Shown: piece after piece, positions 1 through 8,532 of the stretch | Layout of the letters: each line of letters starts with the position of its first letter | How positions within the stretch are numbered: position 1 is the stretch's first letter | Source of the DNA: Thermoanaerobaculia bacterium | GTDB lineage: Bacteria > Acidobacteriota > Thermoanaerobaculia > UBA5066 | Direction: 5' to 3' | DNA length: 64,000 nucleotides | NCBI GenBank assembly: GCA_963719225.1 | Contig: CAVRAY010000001.1 | Span: 3,456,001 to 3,520,000, forward strand | Notes under the pieces: generated by a model | Database searches by the model: none | The model's input: only the letters and a program-made list of their open reading frames with translations | Told to the model about the DNA's origin: nothing | Translations under genes and position numbers: made by a program

Positions 1-1
1 G

Positions 2-715
2 GGCGAGACGGGCACACGGATTCATTCCTTCACCTATACGGGGAGGGAGACGGGAGAGGCCGGGCTACATTTCTATAGGGCACGGGTGATGCAGCCGGGC
101 GTCGGACGCCTGACTCAAGAGGATCCGTTGGGTTTGGGCCCGAGCGTTTATGCGTATGCCTTCAACGACCCTGCTCGCCTTCTCGACCCGCTGGGCGCGG
201 CGGGCGAGGCGCTCGACTTCTCGCCAGACAAAGGCCACCACTTCTTCCCCCGAGCTGAGTGGGGGAAAGTGCCCGGCCTTTCACAAGAGGCAAAAGACAT
301 CTTCGACCATACCAAAACAGGCGGCAAGCTTCCCACTGATATTCACTACTGGAACGGCCCGAACGGTGTGCATGGTCAATACAGCACTGCGACCCGCGAG
401 CTCTTCGACGAGTTCGTTAAGTCGCGCGGAATCGACCCTACGAAGATGACCCGCGCGGAAGCCGAGGAGTTTATTCGGACGATAATCAACTCTCGGCGCG
501 GCCCGATTAGGAGGCTGCTCGACCCAATTCGGCGCTGGATGCGGGCGAATCGGCTACGCGGGAAGACCTTCTGCTTCGGCCCGGTCGATTTCGGCCTCGC
601 GATCGCCGAGATGCTCTTGGAGGACCAGGAAGAGAGTCAACTCGACTCTGATTACATTCGCTGGAAGTACTTCCACGGGCCAATGCCGGGCGGCGCAGCT
701 GGAGCGATTTACTGA
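2..715 (+). CDS. RHS repeat-associated core protein, 3' part (open to window edge), with C-terminal putative His-rich (GHH/AHH-like) nuclease toxin domain
   Basis: Frame open from base 2: FTYTGRE..GLHFYRARVMQPGVGRLTQEDPLG..YAYAFNDPARLLDPLG is the RHS core signature. It is followed by a divergent tail with GHHFFP..H..HGQY. Confidence 0.85.
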   Translation, partial: GETGTRIHSFTYTGRETGEAGLHFYRARVMQPGVGRLTQEDPLGLGPSVYAYAFNDPARLLDPLGAAGEALDFSPDKGHHFFPRAEWGKVPGLSQEAKDIFDHTKTGGKLPTDIHYWNGPNGVHGQYSTATRELFDEFVKSRGIDPTKMTRAEAEEFIRTIINSRRGPIRRLLDPIRRWMRANRLRGKTFCFGPVDFGLAIAEMLLEDQEESQLDSDYIRWKYFHGPMPGGAAGAIY

Positions 716-1377
716 TGCTGGACAACGGGTTCGTACTCACCTACGGGCCGGGTTTGCGTGGGCCTCATCGATTTTGTGGCGTTAACGAGACCGCCGATGC
801 CCAGTGTCCGAACTGTAAGAGGCCGCTTCTGCAGCTCTTCGTATTCGACATGAACGACCGACCGTTGGAGTCGCTGGGGCACGCGCTCTCGGCTGACCGG
901 CTCCCACTTCATTGGTGCTGGACGTGCGACATTCTCAGGGGGCCGCTAACCTACGAGTTGCTGGACCGGGGTCGACGCATCAGGCTATTGACCTACAACC
1001 ACGGGCGCTTCCAACCGGATACTCCGTACCCGGACTATCCGATCTACTTCCCAGGCACCGATTCGGGACTCGAGGAGATTCCAGCCGTCGTGAGCGGGCA
1101 GGTTAGGAACCTCAATCGACGGGAAATCCGGCTCAGTACTGTTGATGGCGAAGCGTGGGCTAGACCTAGGCATCAGCTCGGGGGGGAGCCGTTCTTTTCA
1201 GGTGGCCTACCCGGCCGGCGCGTTTGTCAGCAGTGCGGAGCCGAGATGGAGTTGCTCGGGGCCGTTGCAGACAAATGCACGGACGCCCGCGGCTTCGCCT
1301 CGAATGAGTTCGTCCAGTTGCTCTTCTGGGTCTGCCCGCCTTGCCGGATCCTGCGTGGGGAACAGGATCTAGAGTAG
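715..1377 (+). CDS. Putative immunity protein, Cys-rich, YwqG/DUF1963-like
   Basis: TGATG overlap with the toxin stop; CPNC..LLQLFVFD, CWTC, HQLGGEP..CQQC..MELL, CPPC motifs. Confidence 0.65.
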   Translation: MLDNGFVLTYGPGLRGPHRFCGVNETADAQCPNCKRPLLQLFVFDMNDRPLESLGHALSADRLPLHWCWTCDILRGPLTYELLDRGRRIRLLTYNHGRFQPDTPYPDYPIYFPGTDSGLEEIPAVVSGQVRNLNRREIRLSTVDGEAWARPRHQLGGEPFFSGGLPGRRVCQQCGAEMELLGAVADKCTDARGFASNEFVQLLFWVCPPCRILRGEQDLE

Positions 1378-1819
1378 CGGCCCGCTGGGCACGTCGCGTG
1401 CGGAAGCAAGCGTGCGGTGAGCGCACCCTGGCGCACGCGCCGCGCCCGCTACCGACTCGCACGATCGTGAGCTGATCGCGACGGCCGCGCTTCGAAGAGC
1501 ACGACCGGAGAGAGCGCCCGCCCGCGGCTCCGGCGAGAGGGCAGGAGGTGCCGGGCGCGGGGCAGCGCGCGTGCCCGTAGCCTCTTCCCCGGCCCTTCTC
1601 CCGGCACGCGCGCTGCGAAGCCCGCTGGCCGATATTTCGCGCAAATATCGTCCCCGGCGCTTGCGCTTTTTTCCGCGTCGCTCACGCGCCGCGTGGCAGC
1701 CCTCTCGCCTCCGGGCTCGCGGTAGCTCGCCTTCAACGTAACGTCGAACGCTACGTTAAACCGCGGCGGGCGTAGCGAGCGCGCGACGAAGATCGCGCGA
1801 GTTCTCGGAAGTGAAGGCC

Positions 1820-1835
1820 TGGCACGCCGCGTGCT
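1820..1835 (+). promoter_or_regulatory. Candidate sigma54 (-24/-12) promoter
   Basis: TGGCACGCCGCGTGCT has exact GG-N10-GC spacing and the TGGCACG -24 box; it lies in an intergenic region upstream of the 2068-3569 genes. Confidence 0.35.
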
Positions 1836-2067
1836 GGTTTTCCGCCTCGCGCCAGGCGGGGACACGCGCTGGCATCGACGGACGGTCAGTCGGGACCACG
1901 GGGATTCTCTACGGTGGCCCTCGAAGGGACGACCCTTCGCCGGCGGACAGTTCCGGGCGAAGACACGGTCAGGATCGTCCCGGAGTGATCCGCGGCATCC
2001 TGAGGCTCATCGCGTAGGATGCGGAGCGTCCATGCCGCCCGGAGCCTTTCTCAGCGAAGGAGTCGCC

Positions 2068-2487
2068 ATGAAGAAACTGCTAGCTCTTATCGCCGCGACC
2101 TTCATTCTCGTCGGCTTCTCGGCCTCGGCGGACGACAGCGATGCCGTCGCTCAAGCCCAGATTGCCGCAAAGAGCTGGCTGGCGCTCACGGATGGCGCCA
2201 AGTACGGTAAGAGCTGGGACGACGCGGCGTCCGTCTTCAAGGCCGCCGTCACGAAGGCAGACTGGGAGAAAGCCATCAAGGGCGTCCGCGCGCCGCTCGG
2301 CGCGATGAAGGCGCGAAAGGTCAAGTCGGCCACCTTCACGCGCACTCTTCCTGGCGCCCCGGATGGGGAGTACGTCGTCATTCAATTCGACTCGCAGTTC
2401 GAGAACAAGGCCGCCGCGATCGAGACGATCACGCCCATGCGCGACAAGGACGGCGCCTGGAGGGTTTCCGGCTACTACATCAAGTAG
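2068..2487 (+). CDS. DUF4019-family secreted protein
   Basis: AAGGAG RBS, signal peptide MKKLLALIAATFILVGFSASA, motifs WLALTD..Y..SW, LPGAPDGEYVVIQF and DGAWRVSGYYIK. Confidence 0.8.
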   Translation: MKKLLALIAATFILVGFSASADDSDAVAQAQIAAKSWLALTDGAKYGKSWDDAASVFKAAVTKADWEKAIKGVRAPLGAMKARKVKSATFTRTLPGAPDGEYVVIQFDSQFENKAAAIETITPMRDKDGAWRVSGYYIK

Positions 2488-2614
2488 GCGGAGCTAGTCG
2501 ACCTCCCGTGGGGAATGCGGGAGTTCGGCGTCCGCGCGCCGGACGGACATGGATCATGTTCGGTCAGGAGTTAAGGAGAGGTTGATATCGTCGGACGGCC
2601 GGCAGGAGGACAGG

Positions 2615-2863
2615 ATGGCGCGGATCGCGTTTCGCTACTGTGCCTATTGAGTTTCGGGTTTGCATGCCGTCCGTGTGGCGGCACGGATTCGAAAAGAGCT
2701 GAAGACCGAGGTCGAGATGGTTCACGGCCGCTACGGTGAATTCAAGGTTCTCGTGGATGGAGATAGCGTGATCGATGGCGGCGCGCTCGCCGTGTTGGGC
2801 GTTCTGCCATCTGGCCGGAAGATCGTCGATGCTGTCCGGGCGCGCCTGGGAGATCGCTTGTGA
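2615..2863 (+). CDS. Rdx (SelW/SelT/SelH)-family selenoprotein, CxxU motif, UGA at 2648-2650
   Basis: AGGAGG RBS then ATG 2615: MARIAFRYCAY(TGA)VSGLHAVRVAARIRKELKTEVEMVHGRYGEFKVLVDG, a typical Rdx pattern. The stop overlaps the next start (GTGA). Confidence 0.75.
2665..2683 (+). promoter_or_regulatory. Candidate bacterial SECIS hairpin
   Basis: TGCCGTC-CGTGT-GGCGGCA: 7-bp stem (one G-U pair), G at loop position 2, loop about 21 nt 3' of the UGA. Confidence 0.5.
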
Positions 2864-3141
2864 GCGCAAAATTTCTCATCGAAGTTCCGCACGAAGGAAA
2901 CATGGTGGTCTGCGCTCGGGCCGTCGAAGTCTTCCTCACGAGCGGCTCCCATTTCCTCAGCCATGCAGACTGGGGATGCAAGGACGGGGTGCACAAGGCG
3001 TGGATCGTGGTGGAGGTCGACAGCAAGGACGAGGCCCGGGGCATCGTCCCACCGGCGTTCCGCGCCGAGGCGAACATCGTCCAGCTCAACGCGTTCACGT
3101 TGAAGGAAATCGACGAAATCCTTCAGCATCACCAGGCCTAA
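2860..3141 (+). CDS. Conserved small hypothetical protein (possible alpha/beta-barrel fold; HADWGCxDGxH motif)
   Basis: GTGA coupling to the Rdx gene; protein-like composition with clustered Cys/His. Confidence 0.65.
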   Translation: MSAKFLIEVPHEGNMVVCARAVEVFLTSGSHFLSHADWGCKDGVHKAWIVVEVDSKDEARGIVPPAFRAEANIVQLNAFTLKEIDEILQHHQA

Positions 3142-3176
3142 CCATCCGGGCCCTCCGAAGCCGGGCAGGTGATTCC

Positions 3177-3569
3177 ATGCCAGCCAGCCGCAAGCCGCCG
3201 AAAGACATCGACGAATACATCGCGGCCTCCTCTCCCGAGGTAAGGGCGATTCTCACGCGAATATGGTCGACGATCCGCAAGGCGGCACCGGGCGCCCAGG
3301 AGATGATCAGCTATCGGATGCCGGCGTTCACGCAGAAGGGCGTCCTGGTGTACTTCGCCGCCTTCAAGAACCACATCGGCTTCTATCCCCCGGTGAGGGG
3401 CGATGCGAGACTGAAAAAAGCTGTTTCGCGCTATGCGGGAGAAAAAGGCAATCTGCGATTTCCGCTCGACCAACCGATGCCCTATGGCCTGATCCAGAGG
3501 ATCGTGAAGCTTCGCGTGAAGCAGAACCTCGCGAGGGCGGCTTCCAGGGGAAAGGAGGCTAAGGGCTAG
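3177..3569 (+). CDS. DUF1801 (YdhG-like) protein
   Basis: IDEYIA..IRKAAPGAQEMISYRMPAF..YFAAFKNHIGFYP..KGNLRFPLDQPMPYGLI. Confidence 0.85.
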   Translation: MPASRKPPKDIDEYIAASSPEVRAILTRIWSTIRKAAPGAQEMISYRMPAFTQKGVLVYFAAFKNHIGFYPPVRGDARLKKAVSRYAGEKGNLRFPLDQPMPYGLIQRIVKLRVKQNLARAASRGKEAKG

Positions 3570-5167
3570 CTCCAGTCCCGCCGTCTCTCCCAGATCCCGT
3601 CCGCCGCGCGGAGCGCCAGGGCGCCGATCGTGTTCGTGGGATTGACGGCGGCGCTCGTGACGAAGGAGCTGCCGTCGACGACGTAGAGATTCGGCACGTC
3701 GTGCGCGCGGTTCCATGCGTTCACGACGCTGTGCCGCGGGTCGTTTCCCATCCGGGCCGTGCCCATGAGATGCGCGAAGACGTTCGGGCCGGGCACCTGC
3801 AGAGTTTCCACGGCGCCCGCCGCCTCCAGCACCTGCCGCGCGCGCGCGACCCCGTGGTCGAGCATGCGGAGCGTGTTCTGTGAATAGCGGTACGTGACCT
3901 TCGCCGCCGGCATGCCGTGGAGGTCGTGCTCTTTCGAATCGAGCGTGACGCGATTCGCCTCCTCCGGCAGGTCCTCGCTCATGATCGCGATGCCGATCGT
4001 GTGCGCGAAGCGGCGCCGCATCTCGCGGTGATGCGCCGCGCCCCAGGGGACCGGCTTCGCGTCGCCCCACGCCTGGCTCAAGGGACCATACGGCCCATAC
4101 ACGACCAGCGAGTAGCCGCGCGTGAAGCCGCGGCGCGTGTCGGTTTCGTAGAACTCCTGGCTGAAGCACGGATTCGAGGCGATGCCCACGTGGCCGTCGA
4201 GGCGCTCCGGGAAGATCCCCTCGACGTAATGGCTCGGATGGACCATGTAGCGGCGGCCGAGGAGGCCGCTGGAGTTCGCGAGACCCTGCGGAAAGAGCTT
4301 CGAGCGGGAGTTCAGGAGCAGACGCGGCGTGCCGATGCCGTTGCAGCAGACGACGACGACGCGCCCCCGCTGCTCGTGGAGGGCGCCCGAGCGGTCGTGG
4401 TAGAGGACGCCGCGCGCGCGGCCGGCGGCGTCGGTCGTAACCTCGCGGACGCGCGCCCACGTCGTGATCCTCGCCCCCTCGGCCAGCGCTTTCGGCCAGT
4501 ACGTGAGATCCACCGAAGCCTTCGCCCTCCGGGGACAGCCGAAGTTGCAGCGGCCCCGGCCGTCGCAGCCGAGCCGGCCGTCGGCATCGCGCGAGAGGAT
4601 CGCGTTGTCGGAAGGCCACCAGTGCCAGCCGAGCTTCTCGAAACCGCGCACCACGACTTCTCCGCGTTTTCCGAGGCCGAGCGGAGGATGCGGGCGAGGC
4701 GCGCGCGGAGGGTTCGCGGGATCGCCCGCGAGACCCGACACGCCCATCATGCGGTCGTTGAGGTCGTAGTAGCGCTCGAGGTCCGCGTAGCCCAGCGGCC
4801 AGTCGTCCCCGACGCCGTCGAGAGACCGCACGCGGAAATCCGCGGGGTGCAAGCGCGGAAAATGACCTTCCCAGTGGATCGTGCTCCCCCCGACGCCGTT
4901 GAACATCACGATCTGCGAGGGGGTGAGGCCTTCCGTCGTCACCGGGTAGTCCTCCGCGAGGCGGCGGACGTTCGGGCTGAACGTGGAGCGTCCCCGCCGG
5001 AGGAATACCTCGACGTCGCGCTGCGACGAGGGGAGCGCGTCGCGCGCGATCCAGTCGCCCTGCTCGAGACAGACGACGCGAGCGCCGCTCGCGGCGAGAC
5101 GCCAGGAGAGCGCCGCGCCGGCGGCACCCGACCCGACGACGACGACGTCCGCGATCTCGCCCGCCAT
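3566..5167 (-). CDS. GMC-family flavin oxidoreductase (gluconate-dehydrogenase-like flavoprotein subunit)
   Basis: VVVGSGAAG FAD motif, GVGGSTIHW, C-terminal HLMGTARMG..NLYVVDGS..NPTNTI; start MAGEIAD overlaps the upstream stop. Confidence 0.9.
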   Translation of the reverse strand: MAGEIADVVVVGSGAAGAALSWRLAASGARVVCLEQGDWIARDALPSSQRDVEVFLRRGRSTFSPNVRRLAEDYPVTTEGLTPSQIVMFNGVGGSTIHWEGHFPRLHPADFRVRSLDGVGDDWPLGYADLERYYDLNDRMMGVSGLAGDPANPPRAPRPHPPLGLGKRGEVVVRGFEKLGWHWWPSDNAILSRDADGRLGCDGRGRCNFGCPRRAKASVDLTYWPKALAEGARITTWARVREVTTDAAGRARGVLYHDRSGALHEQRGRVVVVCCNGIGTPRLLLNSRSKLFPQGLANSSGLLGRRYMVHPSHYVEGIFPERLDGHVGIASNPCFSQEFYETDTRRGFTRGYSLVVYGPYGPLSQAWGDAKPVPWGAAHHREMRRRFAHTIGIAIMSEDLPEEANRVTLDSKEHDLHGMPAAKVTYRYSQNTLRMLDHGVARARQVLEAAGAVETLQVPGPNVFAHLMGTARMGNDPRHSVVNAWNRAHDVPNLYVVDGSSFVTSAAVNPTNTIGALALRAADGIWERRRDWS

Positions 5168-5724
5168 CAGGTGACCTTGCGATAGAGCGGCGACAGCGCC
5201 CGGACGCGCTCGACCGCCGTCTCGTCGAAGGGCGGGATGCCCGGCCCCGGGCGGTCCGGCCCGTAGAACTCGAAGCCCAGCCGTTTCCAGACTTCGGGAC
5301 GCGTGTAGTAGCCCTCGTAGACGAAATCCCGAAGGGTCTCGAACATCGCGGGCTCCTTCGTCTCGAGCTCCGCCAGGGCGCGCGCACGGCGCTCGCCCGA
5401 AAGAGAGGCGAACCCGGACGGCTGTGCGCGCTTTTCGAGCGCGGTCGCGGCGCGCCGAAGCTGCAGCCTGACGTCCGCGTCGCGCGACGCGACGAGCTCG
5501 AGGTAGGCGTAAACCCCGGCCTCCCCCGCCGCCGGCATCCCTCCTTCGGCCGGCACGATCGCGTCCATGGCCGCGCGCAGGACCGCGCCGAGCGCCTCCG
5601 GCCACGCGGAAGAGGCGTCGGGGCGCGCCGCGAGAGGCGCCGCGACCGCGCGCACCGCACCGCTCGCGGCGGCCGTTCCGGCAGCCGCCGCCGTCAGGAA
5701 TCTCCGCCGCGTCCAGTCGCGCAT
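5167..5724 (-). CDS. Gluconate 2-dehydrogenase subunit 3 family protein with Tat signal
   Basis: TRRRFL twin-arginine motif, DAIVP..MPAA, FETLR..EGYYT; coupled to the GMC gene. Confidence 0.8.
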   Translation of the reverse strand: MRDWTRRRFLTAAAAGTAAASGAVRAVAAPLAARPDASSAWPEALGAVLRAAMDAIVPAEGGMPAAGEAGVYAYLELVASRDADVRLQLRRAATALEKRAQPSGFASLSGERRARALAELETKEPAMFETLRDFVYEGYYTRPEVWKRLGFEFYGPDRPGPGIPPFDETAVERVRALSPLYRKVT

Positions 5725-5747
5725 CAGGTGCGAGATGATAGGCCGTG

Positions 5748-6662
5748 ATGCGACTTTTCAGCTTCTCTCCTGCTCCCGGCGAAAGTATTCGCGTGGGGGC
5801 GTTCTCTCCCGGGGGCCGTGTCCTCGATCTCGGCGCGGAAGCGCGGAGGCGGAACGTCCCTCTCTCCTTCGATCCCGCCGAGATGCTTTCCCTGATCGCC
5901 GCGGGCGAGAAGGCGCTCGCCGAGGTCCGGTCGCTCGTGGACGGCTCCGCGGACGGCGGACCGCGCGTCGAGGAGGTGCATCTTTCGGCGCCGATCCCGG
6001 TCCCGCGCCGGAACGTTCATTGCGTCGGCTGGAACTACGTCGAGCACTTCGAGGAAGGCAAGTCCCTGAGGGATTCGGGCCAGACGCTGCCCGAGCATCC
6101 CGTCTTCTTCACGAAGGGCACGAACGCCGTCAACGGCCCGCACGATCCGATTCCCTACGATCCGAAGGTGTCGACGGCGATCGACTGGGAAGTCGAGCTC
6201 GCGGTGATCGTCGGACGGCGCGGCAAGAACCTTTCCGAAGAGGAGGCGATGCGCCACGTTTTCGGGTTCTGCGTCCTCAACGACACGACCGCCCGCGACA
6301 TCCAGCAGAAAAAGCACGGCGGCCAGTGGTGGAAGGGCAAGAGCCTGGACGGCCACGCGCCGATGGGCCCCTGGATCGTCACGGCGGACGGGTTCGACTG
6401 GGCATCCCGACGGCTCGTCTCGCGCGTCAACGGCGTCGTGAAGCAGGACGGGAACACGAGCCAGATGTACTTCAAGGTCCCGCGCCTCCTCGCGGAGCTC
6501 TCCCTCGGGCTGACGCTCGAGCCCGGAGACATCCTGGCGACCGGGACGCCGCCGGGCATCGGACACGCGTGCAAGCCGCCTGAATACCTGAAGCCGGGCG
6601 ACGTCCTCGAGTCCGAGATCGAAGGCATCGGCGTCCTGAGAAATCCAATCCAGGCGATCTGA
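5748..6662 (+). CDS. Fumarylacetoacetate hydrolase family protein
   Basis: CVGWNY..H, FFTK, DWEVELAVIVG, NDTTARD, GKSLD..PMGPW, LEPGDILATGTPPG. Confidence 0.9.
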   Translation: MRLFSFSPAPGESIRVGAFSPGGRVLDLGAEARRRNVPLSFDPAEMLSLIAAGEKALAEVRSLVDGSADGGPRVEEVHLSAPIPVPRRNVHCVGWNYVEHFEEGKSLRDSGQTLPEHPVFFTKGTNAVNGPHDPIPYDPKVSTAIDWEVELAVIVGRRGKNLSEEEAMRHVFGFCVLNDTTARDIQQKKHGGQWWKGKSLDGHAPMGPWIVTADGFDWASRRLVSRVNGVVKQDGNTSQMYFKVPRLLAELSLGLTLEPGDILATGTPPGIGHACKPPEYLKPGDVLESEIEGIGVLRNPIQAI

Positions 6663-6675
6663 AGAGGACGGCGGC

Positions 6676-7593
6676 CTATCCCGCCTTCGTGGCCGCCGAA
6701 AGGGCAGCCGTGGCGGTGTCATGCACGGGCGTTTCCACGCCGGCCGCGCGGCCGAGCCGGGAGACGGCTCCGCTGAGGTCGTCCAGCTCCGTGAGTCCGC
6801 CTCTCTCCAGGTCGACGAGGAAGCTGGGCTTGATGGCAGGACCTATGGAGTCGATGAAGGAGAGAATCTTCGAAGCCTCGTCGTCGTCGAGCCGGAGTCC
6901 GCGAGCGCGCGCCACCGCCAGCACCTCCTTCGCGGCCCTCTCGAGGAGGAGCCGGCCGTAAGGAGCGTCGCGCACGGGTCCGAGGGGCGCGCGCGCCAGG
7001 CCGCAAGCCGCCGCCGTGGAGGAGATGAACGCGAACTTCCGCCACAGGTCGGCCTCGATGTCCTCGGAGACTCGCGCCTCGGCGCCCGCCTGCTGAAATG
7101 CATCGACGATCCGCCGAACCCGCTCGGACGATTTGCCCGCGCACTCTCCGATCGCCACCCTTTGGAACGGGCTCTTTCGCTCGACGACCCCGGGCCCGAC
7201 CTTGACGACGCTGACCTGCGTCAGGCCGCCGAGAATCTGACTCTCGGGCACGCCGCTCTCGACGAGCCGATCCATCGCCTCCACGCCGTTCAGGAGGGGC
7301 AGGATCGCGGCGCCCGAAGCGGCGAGAAGCCGGGCTGCCGGCGCGATCTCCTGGAGCGAATACGTCTTCACGGCCACGATCGCAACGTCGCGGGTGCCGA
7401 ACGTCTTCGGGTCGTCGGAGGCCTCCACCGCGACCGTGAATCCCCCTTCCGGAGTCCGCACCTCGAGGCCGCGCGCCCTCAGCGCGTCCAGATGCGCGCC
7501 GCGCGCGAGAAACGCGACGGCGTGACCGGCGCGGGCGAGAGTGCCGCCGTAATAGCCACCGACGCCGCCTGCTCCGAGGACCGCGATCCGCAC
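6676..7593 (-). CDS. panE: 2-dehydropantoate 2-reductase (ketopantoate reductase)
   Basis: IAVLGAGGVGGYYG, AVKTY, LLNG, LWRKF, SFLVDLERG..ELD. Confidence 0.85.
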   Translation of the reverse strand: MRIAVLGAGGVGGYYGGTLARAGHAVAFLARGAHLDALRARGLEVRTPEGGFTVAVEASDDPKTFGTRDVAIVAVKTYSLQEIAPAARLLAASGAAILPLLNGVEAMDRLVESGVPESQILGGLTQVSVVKVGPGVVERKSPFQRVAIGECAGKSSERVRRIVDAFQQAGAEARVSEDIEADLWRKFAFISSTAAACGLARAPLGPVRDAPYGRLLLERAAKEVLAVARARGLRLDDDEASKILSFIDSIGPAIKPSFLVDLERGGLTELDDLSGAVSRLGRAAGVETPVHDTATAALSAATKAG

Positions 7594-7634
7594 GAGGCGA
7601 GTGTATTCCACGGGCCGCCGGACATAATCGAAGC

Positions 7635-8519
7635 GTGAACGCCACGATTCCGTTGACCGAGGCGCGGATGCTGAGCTTCGGCCTTCTTCCGGGCGTCATG
7701 GCGATCCTGAACGTCACGCCCGATTCCTTCAGCGACGGCGGGCGCTTCGCGAGCGCGGAGGCGGCCGGAGAAGAAGGCGTCCGGTTCGCCGAGCTGGGCG
7801 CCTCGATTCTCGACGTGGGGGGCGAGAGCACGCGCCCCAGAGGCAGCGCATACGGAGAGGGCGCAAGAGAGATTTCTGCGAGTGAGGAAGAGGGTCGCGT
7901 CCTGCCCGTCCTCTCTTACCTTCGCAGAAATCTTCCGTCCTTCCCCCTCTCGGTCGACACGCGGCGCGCCTCCGTGGCGCGCGCGGCGCTCGACGCGGGC
8001 GCAGACATGGTCAACATCGTCACCGGTCTCGATGCGTCCGATGAAATGCTCTCCGCGATCGCCACCGCAGGCGCGGCCGTCATCCTGAATCACTGCCGCG
8101 GAACCCCGCGGACCACCTTCGAAGAATCTTCTTTCACCGACGTCATTGCCGACGTTGCCTCGGACCTTCGCACCGCCCGTGAGCGCGCGATCTCCTCCGG
8201 AATTTCCGAGCAAAAGATCTTTCTCGACCCCGGCTTCGGATTCGGCAAGACGCCCGAGCAGAACTTCGCGCTCCTCGGCGCTCTCGATCGGCTCGCGCCG
8301 CCCGGCGTCCCGCTCGTCGTCGGCGCGTCGCGCAAGGCGTTCCTCGGAACGGTCGCTGGAACGCCCGTCACGGACCGCCTCCCGGAATCGCTCGCGGCCG
8401 CGGCCGTCTGCGCTCGGGCCGCGCGCACGCGGCCCGTTCTCGTGCGCGTCCACGACGTCGGCGAGACCGTCCGGTTCCTCGCGACCCTCGGGCGAGCGGG
8501 CCGTCCCGCACTCACGTAA
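7635..8519 (+). CDS. folP: Dihydropteroate synthase
   Basis: MAILNVTPDSFSDGG, LDVGGESTRP, SVDT, DPGFGFGK, GASRKAF, VRVHDV. Confidence 0.95.
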   Translation: MNATIPLTEARMLSFGLLPGVMAILNVTPDSFSDGGRFASAEAAGEEGVRFAELGASILDVGGESTRPRGSAYGEGAREISASEEEGRVLPVLSYLRRNLPSFPLSVDTRRASVARAALDAGADMVNIVTGLDASDEMLSAIATAGAAVILNHCRGTPRTTFEESSFTDVIADVASDLRTARERAISSGISEQKIFLDPGFGFGKTPEQNFALLGALDRLAPPGVPLVVGASRKAFLGTVAGTPVTDRLPESLAAAAVCARAARTRPVLVRVHDVGETVRFLATLGRAGRPALT

Positions 8520-8532
8520 CATCGCACGGGGA

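Noticed and set aside
1731-1761. Integron attC site (..TTCAAC / GTTAAAC)
   Set aside because: Far shorter than known attC sites, imperfect R'' box, and no integrase or repeated sites.
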